This document shows, one piece after another, positions 16,752 to 24,946 of a stretch of 64,000 nucleotides of DNA. Both the position numbers and the translations under genes were made by a program. The notes beneath the pieces were generated by a model. That model was not told where the DNA came from, did no database searches, and saw nothing but the letters and a program-made list of their open reading frames with translations. Source of the DNA: Gammaproteobacteria bacterium (GTDB taxonomy: Bacteria; Pseudomonadota; Gammaproteobacteria; Steroidobacterales; Rariloculaceae); contig CAUZMW010000001.1 of the NCBI GenBank assembly GCA_963581225.1, positions 3,405 through 67,404 on the forward strand. Reading direction: 5' to 3'. How positions within the stretch are numbered: the stretch's first letter is position 1; each line of letters begins with the position of its first letter.

Positions 16752-17675
16752 ATGACGGATTACCTGACAATGAACCGGCGCGAAGCGCTCGCGATGCTCT
16801 CGGCCATGGGCGTTGCTGGACTCGCGCCCTCTCACGCGCTTGCTCAACAACAGATGCCGCTACGCACAGTACCGAGCACCGGCGAGATGCTGCCGGTCGT
16901 CGGCCTCGGCTCGAGTAAGGTCGTCTCGCAGATCGTGGACAACGGCACGGAGCCCGTCGCGGCCGTGCTGCGGGCATTAGTGGCCAACGGCGGGACCGTG
17001 GTCGACTCCTGGCCGCGCAACCCTGCGAACGACATCGGCTTCGGGGAGGTCATTAATCTGCCAGGCCTGCGCGACAGCCTCTTCGTCACGACCAAGATCG
17101 ACCAGGTCGGCAAAGAAGCCGGCATCGCTCAGTTCCGGCAGACCCAAGAACTCTATCAACGCGAAACGATCGACCTCGTGCAGATCTTCAGCCTCACGGA
17201 TCTAGAGACGCAATGGCCGAACCTCAAAGACTGGAAAGATGAAGGGAGCGCGCGCTATATCGGCGTGACGGTGTCGAACTACGAGCGCTATGACCAACTG
17301 ATCGAGTTTCTCGGCCGCGAAACACCGGATTTCGTACAGATGAATTATTCGATCACGGAGCGGCGTGCCGAAGAACGCTTGTTGCCGATGGCCGCCGATA
17401 TGGGGCTCGCGGTGCTCCTCAATCGGCCGTTCATGAACGGCGCCTACTTCGGCCGGCTGGAAGGCCGGACGCTTCCCGAATGGGCCGCCGAGTTCGATTG
17501 CACGAGCTGGGCGCAGTTCTCTTTGAAATATATTCTCGCGCACCCAACGATCACCACCGTGTTTACGGAAACGAGCAACCCGACGCACATGGAAGAGAAC
17601 GCACAGGCCTCGTATGGCCGCATGCCCGACGCAGCCGCCCGCGCCAGAATGAGAGCACTGATAGACGAGGTCTAA
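16752..17675 (+). CDS. aldo/keto reductase family protein with a Tat-type signal
   Basis: N-terminus MTDYLTMNRREALAMLSAMGVAGLAPSHALAQQ, followed by an AKR-like body (VDSWPRNP..., IGVTVSNY..., FVQMNYSITERRAEERLLP). Confidence 0.7.
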   Translation: MTDYLTMNRREALAMLSAMGVAGLAPSHALAQQQMPLRTVPSTGEMLPVVGLGSSKVVSQIVDNGTEPVAAVLRALVANGGTVVDSWPRNPANDIGFGEVINLPGLRDSLFVTTKIDQVGKEAGIAQFRQTQELYQRETIDLVQIFSLTDLETQWPNLKDWKDEGSARYIGVTVSNYERYDQLIEFLGRETPDFVQMNYSITERRAEERLLPMAADMGLAVLLNRPFMNGAYFGRLEGRTLPEWAAEFDCTSWAQFSLKYILAHPTITTVFTETSNPTHMEENAQASYGRMPDAAARARMRALIDEV

Positions 17676-17768
17676 CTTCTACGCATAACAGTAAAGCGCT
17701 GGTTTCTGCGGCGATTACAACTGTACCCCGGAGAAATCCAATCGCTAGAGCCAGGACGTGGCAGCGTC

Positions 17769-18359
17769 TTACGGTGCCAGCAACGGAATGCTCTCAACAG
17801 CCGGTGGTTGCGGCCGCACCTGCAGGAACGCATGAATATCAGCGAGATCCTGATCCGACATCACCAGTTCAGTGTACGGTGGCATGCTGCCGCTCGGATT
17901 GCGCACATACCAAGTAAAACGAGCGAGCGTCAGCGGATCGGGGCCGACTCGCGGCCCCTGCGCCCCTCCCTGCCCCTCGTTCGCATGACATTGGTAGCAG
18001 CCCGTTTGCCGGTACAGCATGGCACCCGTCGCCACACGCCCAGGCGGCTCAGCCGCACCGGACACGGGCGCAAGGTAAGCATGCATGTCCGTCAGCCGCT
18101 CATCTAAGACAGTCTCTGCGGTGTAGGCCGGCATGGTGCCCGTCGGGCGCCGAACGTAATCGATGAACTCGGCGAGCGAGAGCCCGCCCGTGGCAATGTT
18201 CGGTCCGAGTGCGGTACCGCGGCCCTCGTCACCGTGGCAGACCCCGCAACCCAACGCGGTATAGACGTCGCCGGCGTCCTGGGCGACGGCATCCGAGGAC
18301 GCGATCAGGGCGAGAGCAGCCATCCTGAAGGCTGCTGCACGCAGAGTCAGCGTAGTCAT
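17769..18359 (-). CDS. dihaem c-type cytochrome (periplasmic)
   Basis: Two CxxCH motifs (CGVCHGDEG and CYQCHANEG). Start moved to Met71 of the track ORF (18359), giving the signal peptide MTTLTLRAAAFRMAALALIASSDAVAQD and a GAGGTG SD. It begins 10 nt after the TPP-enzyme stop. Confidence 0.85.
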   Translation of the reverse strand: MTTLTLRAAAFRMAALALIASSDAVAQDAGDVYTALGCGVCHGDEGRGTALGPNIATGGLSLAEFIDYVRRPTGTMPAYTAETVLDERLTDMHAYLAPVSGAAEPPGRVATGAMLYRQTGCYQCHANEGQGGAQGPRVGPDPLTLARFTWYVRNPSGSMPPYTELVMSDQDLADIHAFLQVRPQPPAVESIPLLAP

Positions 18360-18369
18360 CTTCGCCACC

Positions 18370-20355
18370 TCAACGTACCTGTGTGACGACATCGACGAGT
18401 GCCGGCTCGCCACGCTTGACGACTTCGATCGCGCGACGCAACGCCGGACCGAGATCTGCCGGATTGTCGATCGGACCTTCAGTATATACACCCAGGCCTT
18501 CGACCATCTTGGCGTAATCGATATTCGGATCGGTAAGTTGGCTGCCGATCTCGCCGCGATCGATGCCACGGTTGCGAGCGTTGCACATGCGCTGAACGTG
18601 CATGACTTCCATGTGGTAGGCGCGGTTGTTATTCATGACGCTTAACAACGGGATGCGGTGATGCGCCGCGGTCCAGAGCACACCGGGTGCGTACATGAGG
18701 TCGCCGTCAGTCTGAATCGCCACGGAAAAGCGGCCGTGTTTACGATTGGCGAGCGCGCCGCCAACCGAGGCTGGGGCACCGTAGCCGATACCGCCGCCTC
18801 CCGCGTGCCCGAGCCACTGATAGGACTTGTCGAAGTCCCAGAGCCGCCGCGGCCAGCCGCCGCCATCGCTATAGTAGCTAGACACGAGTGACCAGTCCTC
18901 GTCCTTGATCTGCGCCCAGAGTTCCGCGCAGAGTCGCGCCGTGCTGACGGGGCTCGCATCCCAGCCGTAACTCGCGGCCTTGCGCGACTCCTCGTCCGCG
19001 ACACGACTCGCCGCCGCGAGCCGCTCGCCGCGCTCCTCGAACGCACGTCGGCGCGCCCTGGTCGTGAGGCGGTTTACGGCCTCGATCAGCGATGGCAACG
19101 TGGCCTCGCCGTCCGCGGCGATCGCGAGATCGACCTCCTGCATGCGGCGGAAATCCTGGTAGTTCGAACGGATATAGAGATCGCCCGTGGTGATGGAAAT
19201 GAGCTTCGCGTCGGACTTCGCAATCCGGCTGATAGAACGGTGCACCTGATCCCGGAGCACATTGACCGTTGACCAGAAATCCATGACTTCTAACCCTAAG
19301 ATCACATCGGCCTGGGGAATGACCACGCGATTCATCGGCGGTGGACCGTTCGAATAGAGGTGAGTCTGATTCAGCGGATGACGCGTGGGGAAATTGAGGC
19401 GACTACCCCGGTCGATCACGGCCGCCTGCAAAGTCTCGGCAAGCTCCACGAGCAAGGTCATTCCCCGCGGCGTGCGCGCGAGACGATCGGCCACCAGTAC
19501 CGGATACTCGGCATCGACGAGCATGCGCGCCGTTTCTTCGACCGCGCCAGACTCGCCCTGAGGCGGCACGGGAATCGTGAGCCGGGGAATGTGCAGCCCC
19601 GCATCGCGTGCGATAGGCCCTTCCTGTAGATGACCGTCGAGTACGAGCACCACCGGCGCCATCGGCGGCGTCATCGCTACCTTGTAGGCGCGAACCGCCG
19701 ACTCGGCGAAATGCCCGAGCGACCGCGGCGTATCGTCCCACTTGGTGTAGTCGCGAACCATGTCGGCCGCATCCTGCACGCCGTGATACCACTCCGCGGA
19801 CCTGCGCAGTGCGGCATCGCTGTGATTGCCGAGGATTACGTACACCGGCACGCGGTCGCACCAGGCGTTGTAGATCGCCATGGCGGCGTGTTGTAGGCCG
19901 ACCGTGCCGTGCGCCATGATCGCAAGCGGTTTTCCTTCCGCCTTGAAGTAGCCGTGAGCCATGGCGACTGACGATTCCTCGTGGCAGCAGGTGATGAGTT
20001 CGGGACACTCGTTTCCGCCGTAGTTGATGATCGACTCATGGAGGCCGCGAAAACTCGAGCCCGGATTCGCACAGATGTAATCAAAATCCAGCGACTTGAT
20101 CACGTCGACCATGAAATCGGAGCCGCTGCGCTCATCGGCACCGATCACCTGCACGCTTGCCGGTGACATCGCCTCGGCCTCGGCCGTCATGATCGGTGTG
20201 GTAATGGATTGCTCCGCCGCCTCGGCACCGGCCTGAGCTTGCGCGTCGCTAACCCTCGCCGGTCCGATCAATGCAGCTGCGCCCGCAAGGGTTCCCTGCT
20301 TGAGGAATTGCCGGCGTTCGACGGACGCCTCGTTCGAATCACGGGACTGGTTCAT
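18370..20355 (-). CDS. thiamine-diphosphate-dependent enzyme (acetolactate synthase/PoxB/Xsc superfamily) with a Tat signal
   Basis: Tat signal VERRQFLKQGTLAGAAALIGPARVSDAQAQA. The PYR domain carries the catalytic Glu (CCHEESSVAMAHGY). The PP domain carries the ThDP motif GGGGIGYGAPASVGG...QTDGDLMY...MNNNRAYH. An AGGAG SD precedes the ATG. Confidence 0.8.
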   Translation of the reverse strand: MNQSRDSNEASVERRQFLKQGTLAGAAALIGPARVSDAQAQAGAEAAEQSITTPIMTAEAEAMSPASVQVIGADERSGSDFMVDVIKSLDFDYICANPGSSFRGLHESIINYGGNECPELITCCHEESSVAMAHGYFKAEGKPLAIMAHGTVGLQHAAMAIYNAWCDRVPVYVILGNHSDAALRRSAEWYHGVQDAADMVRDYTKWDDTPRSLGHFAESAVRAYKVAMTPPMAPVVLVLDGHLQEGPIARDAGLHIPRLTIPVPPQGESGAVEETARMLVDAEYPVLVADRLARTPRGMTLLVELAETLQAAVIDRGSRLNFPTRHPLNQTHLYSNGPPPMNRVVIPQADVILGLEVMDFWSTVNVLRDQVHRSISRIAKSDAKLISITTGDLYIRSNYQDFRRMQEVDLAIAADGEATLPSLIEAVNRLTTRARRRAFEERGERLAAASRVADEESRKAASYGWDASPVSTARLCAELWAQIKDEDWSLVSSYYSDGGGWPRRLWDFDKSYQWLGHAGGGGIGYGAPASVGGALANRKHGRFSVAIQTDGDLMYAPGVLWTAAHHRIPLLSVMNNNRAYHMEVMHVQRMCNARNRGIDRGEIGSQLTDPNIDYAKMVEGLGVYTEGPIDNPADLGPALRRAIEVVKRGEPALVDVVTQVR

Positions 20356-20510
20356 GATGAGCGCTCCTATCTATAGTTTGCGGAGACGTCTTTCTGTCGC
20401 GCCCCCGCCGCGGTTCGCTCCGATTCTAACAACTAGCCGCGAGAAGGTAATCGGCTGCCGGATCCTGTGGTACCGTAGCGGAAGCGCGCGAGTGAGAGGG
20501 AGAGGATACC

Positions 20511-21827
20511 GTGTTAGATAAACACGCGACACAGAATTGGGAAGACATGGAACCGTCGGCGGCGAACGGGTTGTTCGACCGTCGTGCTTTTTTCAAAGGT
20601 GGCGCGACCTTCGCCGCCACCATGGCAGGTTACACGCTAAGCGATTCCGCGGGCGCCCAGCAGCTGATCGACGACCCCTGGAGCGCCGCACCGGGCACGC
20701 CGACCGGCCCCTACGAGTCACCGTCCCGGTTCGAGAGCGGCGTCGTGCGCACGATGACCAATCCCAACGGTGAGCCGCGGGGCCAGCAGTCACGTACGCC
20801 GCATCACCTGCTCGACGGCTCGTTCACACCAAACGGCCTGCACATGGTCATCTCGCGTTCCGGCGCGCCCGACATCGACCCGGAACAGCACCGCCTCGTC
20901 ATCCACGGCTTGGCGCGGCAGCCGCTGACGTTCACGCTCGACGCGCTCGCACGCTACCCCATGGTGTCGCGTATGGCGTTCGTTGAATGCGGCGGTAACA
21001 GCGCGCCGCTGTGGTCGCCGGAACCGCTCGACGTGGGCGTGCAGCAGCTCCATGGGCTCGTCTCCTGTGCTGAGTGGACCGGCGTCATGCTCTCCACGCT
21101 GCTCGAGGAGACCGGCATTGACCCGAGCGCGAAGTGGCTCATCGCCGAAGGCTCGGACGCACTGACACCGCACCGCAGCGTACCGATCGCCAAGGCGCTG
21201 GACGATGCCATGATTGCTCTCTACCAGAACGGCGAACGCATCATGCCGGGCAACGGTTACCCGATGCGCCTTCTGCTGCCGGGCTGGGAAGGCAACATGC
21301 AGGTCAAATGGCTGCGTCGTATCGAGCTTGTGGATCAGCCGGCCATGAGCATCTACGAGGCGCGAACCTACACGCAGCTTCTGCCTGGCGGTAAAGCCTA
21401 CCGTTTCCACTTTCTCCAAGAAGTGAAATCGTTCATCACCCGCCCCTCACCTGGTGTGGGTCTAAACGAACCGGGCTTCTATGAGATCTCGGGTGTTGCC
21501 TATTCCGCCACCGGACGGATCTCGAAGGTCATGGTCTCGGCCGACGGCGGTCAGACTTGGGCGGAGGCCGCACTGGATGGGCCCGTGCTACCGAAGGCGT
21601 TCACCCGCTTCCGGGCGCCGTGGCGCTGGGACGGTGGTCCCGCCGTACTGCAGAGCCGCGCATGGGACGAGTCCGGCAACTTCCAACCAACCCGAGAGCA
21701 AATCGTCGCCGTCCGCGGCGAGGCGACACGCGTACCGAACCCGAATGCGTTCCCGAACCAGCACTACAACGGACCGACGAGCTGGGCCGTCGACACCGAC
21801 GGCGAGGTGAAACATGTTTACGCGTAA
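20511..21827 (+). CDS. sulfite-oxidase-family molybdoenzyme (SorA/SoxC-like sulfite dehydrogenase catalytic subunit), Tat-exported
   Basis: Tat signal FDRRAFFKGGATFAATMAG. Mo-ligand Cys context FVECGGNSA. Approximately 430 aa, as in SoxC. The gene uses a GTG start with a GAGGGAGAGGA SD, and ATG 20547 is an alternative start. Confidence 0.8.
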   Translation: MLDKHATQNWEDMEPSAANGLFDRRAFFKGGATFAATMAGYTLSDSAGAQQLIDDPWSAAPGTPTGPYESPSRFESGVVRTMTNPNGEPRGQQSRTPHHLLDGSFTPNGLHMVISRSGAPDIDPEQHRLVIHGLARQPLTFTLDALARYPMVSRMAFVECGGNSAPLWSPEPLDVGVQQLHGLVSCAEWTGVMLSTLLEETGIDPSAKWLIAEGSDALTPHRSVPIAKALDDAMIALYQNGERIMPGNGYPMRLLLPGWEGNMQVKWLRRIELVDQPAMSIYEARTYTQLLPGGKAYRFHFLQEVKSFITRPSPGVGLNEPGFYEISGVAYSATGRISKVMVSADGGQTWAEAALDGPVLPKAFTRFRAPWRWDGGPAVLQSRAWDESGNFQPTREQIVAVRGEATRVPNPNAFPNQHYNGPTSWAVDTDGEVKHVYA

Positions 21828-22350
21828 GCGTCGATGCGCTGTCGCTCTCGTCGCTTTTGCGCTGAGTTCGAGTTATGCCCTAGCCCAGACGCCACATCTC
21901 GGTACGCCAATTTCCGCGGCAGACATCGCGGCATGGGATATCGACATCCTGCCCGACGGCACGGGACTGCCACCAGGCAGCGGCACGGCAACGCAGGGCG
22001 CGCCAATCTACGCGGTTAAATGCGCGCTCTGTCATGGCGTGAACGGCGAGGGCGGCATCAGCCTTGCGCTTATCGGCGGTGAACCGCTCACGAACGGTAT
22101 CGACACGGGCAAGACCATCGGCAACTTCTTGCAATACGCCACTACTATTTTCGACTACACGCGCCGGGCGATGCCGTGGCTGACGCCGCGCACACTCAGT
22201 GACGACGAAGTCTATGCACTGACGGCTCATCTGCTAGAGATCAACGACATCATCAGCGCTGACGACGTCATGAACGCCGAGACGCTGCCCGCCGTGCAGA
22301 TGCCGAACCGTGACGGTTTTATCGACCGGTTCCCGGAGCTGATGCCATAG
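21814..22350 (+). CDS. monohaem cytochrome c subunit (SorB/SoxD-like)
   Basis: Signal peptide MFTRKRRCAVALVAFALSSSYALAQ. A single CALCHGVNGEG motif. A 14-nt overlap with the molybdoenzyme gene. Confidence 0.8.
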   Translation: MFTRKRRCAVALVAFALSSSYALAQTPHLGTPISAADIAAWDIDILPDGTGLPPGSGTATQGAPIYAVKCALCHGVNGEGGISLALIGGEPLTNGIDTGKTIGNFLQYATTIFDYTRRAMPWLTPRTLSDDEVYALTAHLLEINDIISADDVMNAETLPAVQMPNRDGFIDRFPELMP

Positions 22351-22362
22351 CGGAGAAACCGC

Positions 22363-23850
22363 TTGTCTTTTAATCAAGCTAATGTCGTCATCGTCGGCGG
22401 TGGCAACGCGGCCTTGTGTGCAGCGCTGGCAGCCCAGGAGAGCGGCGCTAGCGTCACCGTGCTCGAACGAGCGCCCGAGGATGAGAGCGGCGGCAACACG
22501 CGTTTCACTGCAGGTTCCATTCGTTTCGCCTATTCGGGTGTCGAGGATTTGCGCGAACTCATGCCCGATCTGCCCGAGAACGAGATCGCGGCGACCGACT
22601 TCGGCACCTACACGGAGGATCAGTACTTTGACGACATGTTTCGCGTCACGCAGTACCGCTGCGATCCAGACCTCGTCGAGTGCCTCGTGCGCCAATCCAA
22701 GGAGACAATGTTCTGGATGCGTGACAAGGGCGTCAGATTCATTCCGATTTACGGTCGTCAGGCGTTTAAGATCGACGGACGATTCAAGTTTTGGGGCGGG
22801 CTGACGGTCGAGTCGGTCGGCGGCGGGCCAGGTCTCGTCGACAGCCTGACAAAAGTCTGCCTGAGCCACGGCATCGAGATTCAGTACGACACGCGAGCCG
22901 TCGATCTCGATACCGACGGCAAGCGCGTCACAGGCGTGGTCGCCCGCCGCGGCGGCGAGCGTCCCGAAACAATTCCCGCCCGCGCCGTCGTGCTCGCCTC
23001 GGGCGGATTCGAAGCCAACCCGGAGTGGCGCACCCGCTATCTCGGGCCCGGTTGGGAGATCGCGAAAGTGCGTGGCACGCGTTTCAATACCGGCGACGGT
23101 ATCAGCATGGCGCTGGCTCATGGCGCGGCATCCTACGGCAACTGGTCCGGTTGTCACGCGGTCGGCTGGGATCGCAACGCGCCCGAGTTCGGTGATCTCG
23201 CCGTCGGCGATCAGTTCCAGAAACACTCTTACCCGTTCGGTATCATGGTGAACGCAAACGGACATCGTTTTGTGGACGAGGGCGCCGACTTTCGCAACTA
23301 CACCTACGCGAAATACGGCACCGAAATAATGAAGCAACCGGGCCACTTCGCCTGGCAGCTCTTCGACGCGAAAACCGCGCATCTGCTGCGCGATGAATAC
23401 CGAATCCGCCAGATCACGAAAGTCACGGCGAACTCGTTGGAGGAACTGGTTACCAAGCTTGACGACGTCGATGCAGAAGCCTGCCTTGCCGAGATAAAGG
23501 CTTACAACTCCGCCGTCAGAGACGACATTCACTTCGATCCCAACATCCAGGACGGCCGCTGCACGGAGGGGCTCGCGATCGACAAGAGCAACTGGGCCAA
23601 CGCGCTCGATGAGCCGCCGTTCGAAGGCTACGCCGTGACCTGCGGTATCACATTCACGTTCGGCGGCTTGCGCGTCAACACCGACGCGCAGGTTCTCGAC
23701 TCCGACCTGCGCTCGATTCCGGGTCTATACGCGGCCGGCGAGCTCGTTGGCGGACTCTTCTACAACAACTATCCTGGCGGCACCGGCCTGATGTCCGGCG
23801 CCGTCTTCGGCAAGATTGCCGGCACATCCGCGGCGCGAGAGAACGCGTGA
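22363..23850 (+). CDS. FAD-dependent dehydrogenase, TcuA (tricarballylate dehydrogenase)/fumarate-reductase-flavoprotein-like
   Basis: N-terminal dinucleotide fold VVIVGGGNAALCAALAAQESGASVTVLERAPEDESGGNTRFTAG. C-terminal GLYAAGELVGGLFYNNYPGGTGL. TTG start with a GGAGAA SD. Confidence 0.75.
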   Translation: MSFNQANVVIVGGGNAALCAALAAQESGASVTVLERAPEDESGGNTRFTAGSIRFAYSGVEDLRELMPDLPENEIAATDFGTYTEDQYFDDMFRVTQYRCDPDLVECLVRQSKETMFWMRDKGVRFIPIYGRQAFKIDGRFKFWGGLTVESVGGGPGLVDSLTKVCLSHGIEIQYDTRAVDLDTDGKRVTGVVARRGGERPETIPARAVVLASGGFEANPEWRTRYLGPGWEIAKVRGTRFNTGDGISMALAHGAASYGNWSGCHAVGWDRNAPEFGDLAVGDQFQKHSYPFGIMVNANGHRFVDEGADFRNYTYAKYGTEIMKQPGHFAWQLFDAKTAHLLRDEYRIRQITKVTANSLEELVTKLDDVDAEACLAEIKAYNSAVRDDIHFDPNIQDGRCTEGLAIDKSNWANALDEPPFEGYAVTCGITFTFGGLRVNTDAQVLDSDLRSIPGLYAAGELVGGLFYNNYPGGTGLMSGAVFGKIAGTSAARENA

Positions 23851-24944
23851 ACACGATAGACCGCAGACGCTTTCTATCATCCGTCTCGTTCGGCCTGGGC
23901 GCTCTCGCGATTGGCGGGTCCCGCGCGCAGAGCGTCGATTTTTCCGGTCAACTCATCGAGATCATTATTCCGTTCAAGGAGGGTGGCGGCTCCGACACCT
24001 GGGGACGATTCAACGCGCCGTTTCTATCCCGCTACCTGCCCGGTCAACCGACCGTCATCGTGAGAAACGTTCCGGGCGGCAACTCCATCGCGGGTGCTAA
24101 CCGCTTCGCTGCACGCGCGCACCCCGACGGCCTCTCGGTGCTCGGCACGTCGGCATCAACACAGTTTCCGTATCTGATGGAGGATCCCCGCGTCGACTAC
24201 GACTATCGCGACTGGCGTGTGCTCTGGGCTTACGGCACCGGCGGTGTTGTGTACGTCTCCGCGGATCTCGGAATCTCGAGCGCGGCTGAGCTCGGCGCCA
24301 TCACGGATCGGGAACTTCTCTACGGCAGCCAGGGCCCGACCTCGCTCGATCTGGTTCCGGTCCTGGGGTTTAAGTTGCTGGGATTGAACGTCAGACCAAT
24401 ATTCGGCATGAGCGGCCGCGGCGCGGGACGGCTTGCATTCGAGCGCGGCGAGCTCAACCTCGACTATCAAACCTCCACGGCTTACCTGCGAAATGTCGTG
24501 CCGTTGATCGAGCAGGGAGATGCCGTGCCACTCTTTTCCTGGGGTGCGCTCGACAATGCCGGTAGGCTCGTTCGCGACCCGACATTTCCGAATCTACCGC
24601 ACTATGGAGAAGTCTACGAACTGATTCATGGGACGCCGCCCGGCGGGCTGCCCTGGGATGCCTGGTTCTCATTCTTCACGGCCGGATTCCCGGCGCAAAA
24701 GCTGATGGTCGTTCCGAGGGAGACACCCGACGCGATCGTGGTCGCTTACGAAGACGCCGTGCAGTCGATGAAACTGGATCCCGACTACCGCGCCAGAAAA
24801 CCCGCCGCGCTCGGCGCTTACGAGCAGGTCACGGGCAGCGCGGCGCAGACCATTTATGAACTCGCAACTGATGTGCCGCGAAGCGCCCGTGACTGGGTCA
24901 GAACCTGGCTCAGAGATGAGTTCCGGGTCAACCTCGAGGCTTAA
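23847..24944 (+). CDS. tctC: tripartite tricarboxylate transporter (TTT) substrate-binding protein, TctC/Bug family, Tat-type signal
   Basis: Signal IDRRRFLSSVSFGLGALAIGGSRAQS, then IIIPFKEGGGSDTWGR...VRNVPGGNSIAG...PDG, typical of Bug/TctC. The GTG start overlaps the upstream stop. Confidence 0.75.
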   Translation: MNTIDRRRFLSSVSFGLGALAIGGSRAQSVDFSGQLIEIIIPFKEGGGSDTWGRFNAPFLSRYLPGQPTVIVRNVPGGNSIAGANRFAARAHPDGLSVLGTSASTQFPYLMEDPRVDYDYRDWRVLWAYGTGGVVYVSADLGISSAAELGAITDRELLYGSQGPTSLDLVPVLGFKLLGLNVRPIFGMSGRGAGRLAFERGELNLDYQTSTAYLRNVVPLIEQGDAVPLFSWGALDNAGRLVRDPTFPNLPHYGEVYELIHGTPPGGLPWDAWFSFFTAGFPAQKLMVVPRETPDAIVVAYEDAVQSMKLDPDYRARKPAALGAYEQVTGSAAQTIYELATDVPRSARDWVRTWLRDEFRVNLEA

Positions 24945-24946
24945 GC

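Noticed and set aside
18370-20355. Calling the Tat-ThDP enzyme sulfoacetaldehyde acetyltransferase (Xsc) because of the adjacent sulfite dehydrogenase.
   Set aside because: - There are no Xsc-specific residues I can verify.
- Xsc is cytoplasmic and phosphate-dependent.
- No pta, tauXY or sulfonate transporter genes are nearby.
- The idea is kept only as an alternative hypothesis.
22234-23532. 432-aa ORF antisense to the TcuA-like gene, and many similar long antisense or out-of-frame ORFs in the track (e.g. 4342..4890, 12785..13354, 14513..15088, 19403..20008, 20790..21419, 35808..36362, 62633..63370).
   Set aside because: - They are Arg/Ala/Gly-rich with no motifs and lie opposite genes with clear family signatures.
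- Stop-codon-poor reverse frames are expected at about 60% GC.
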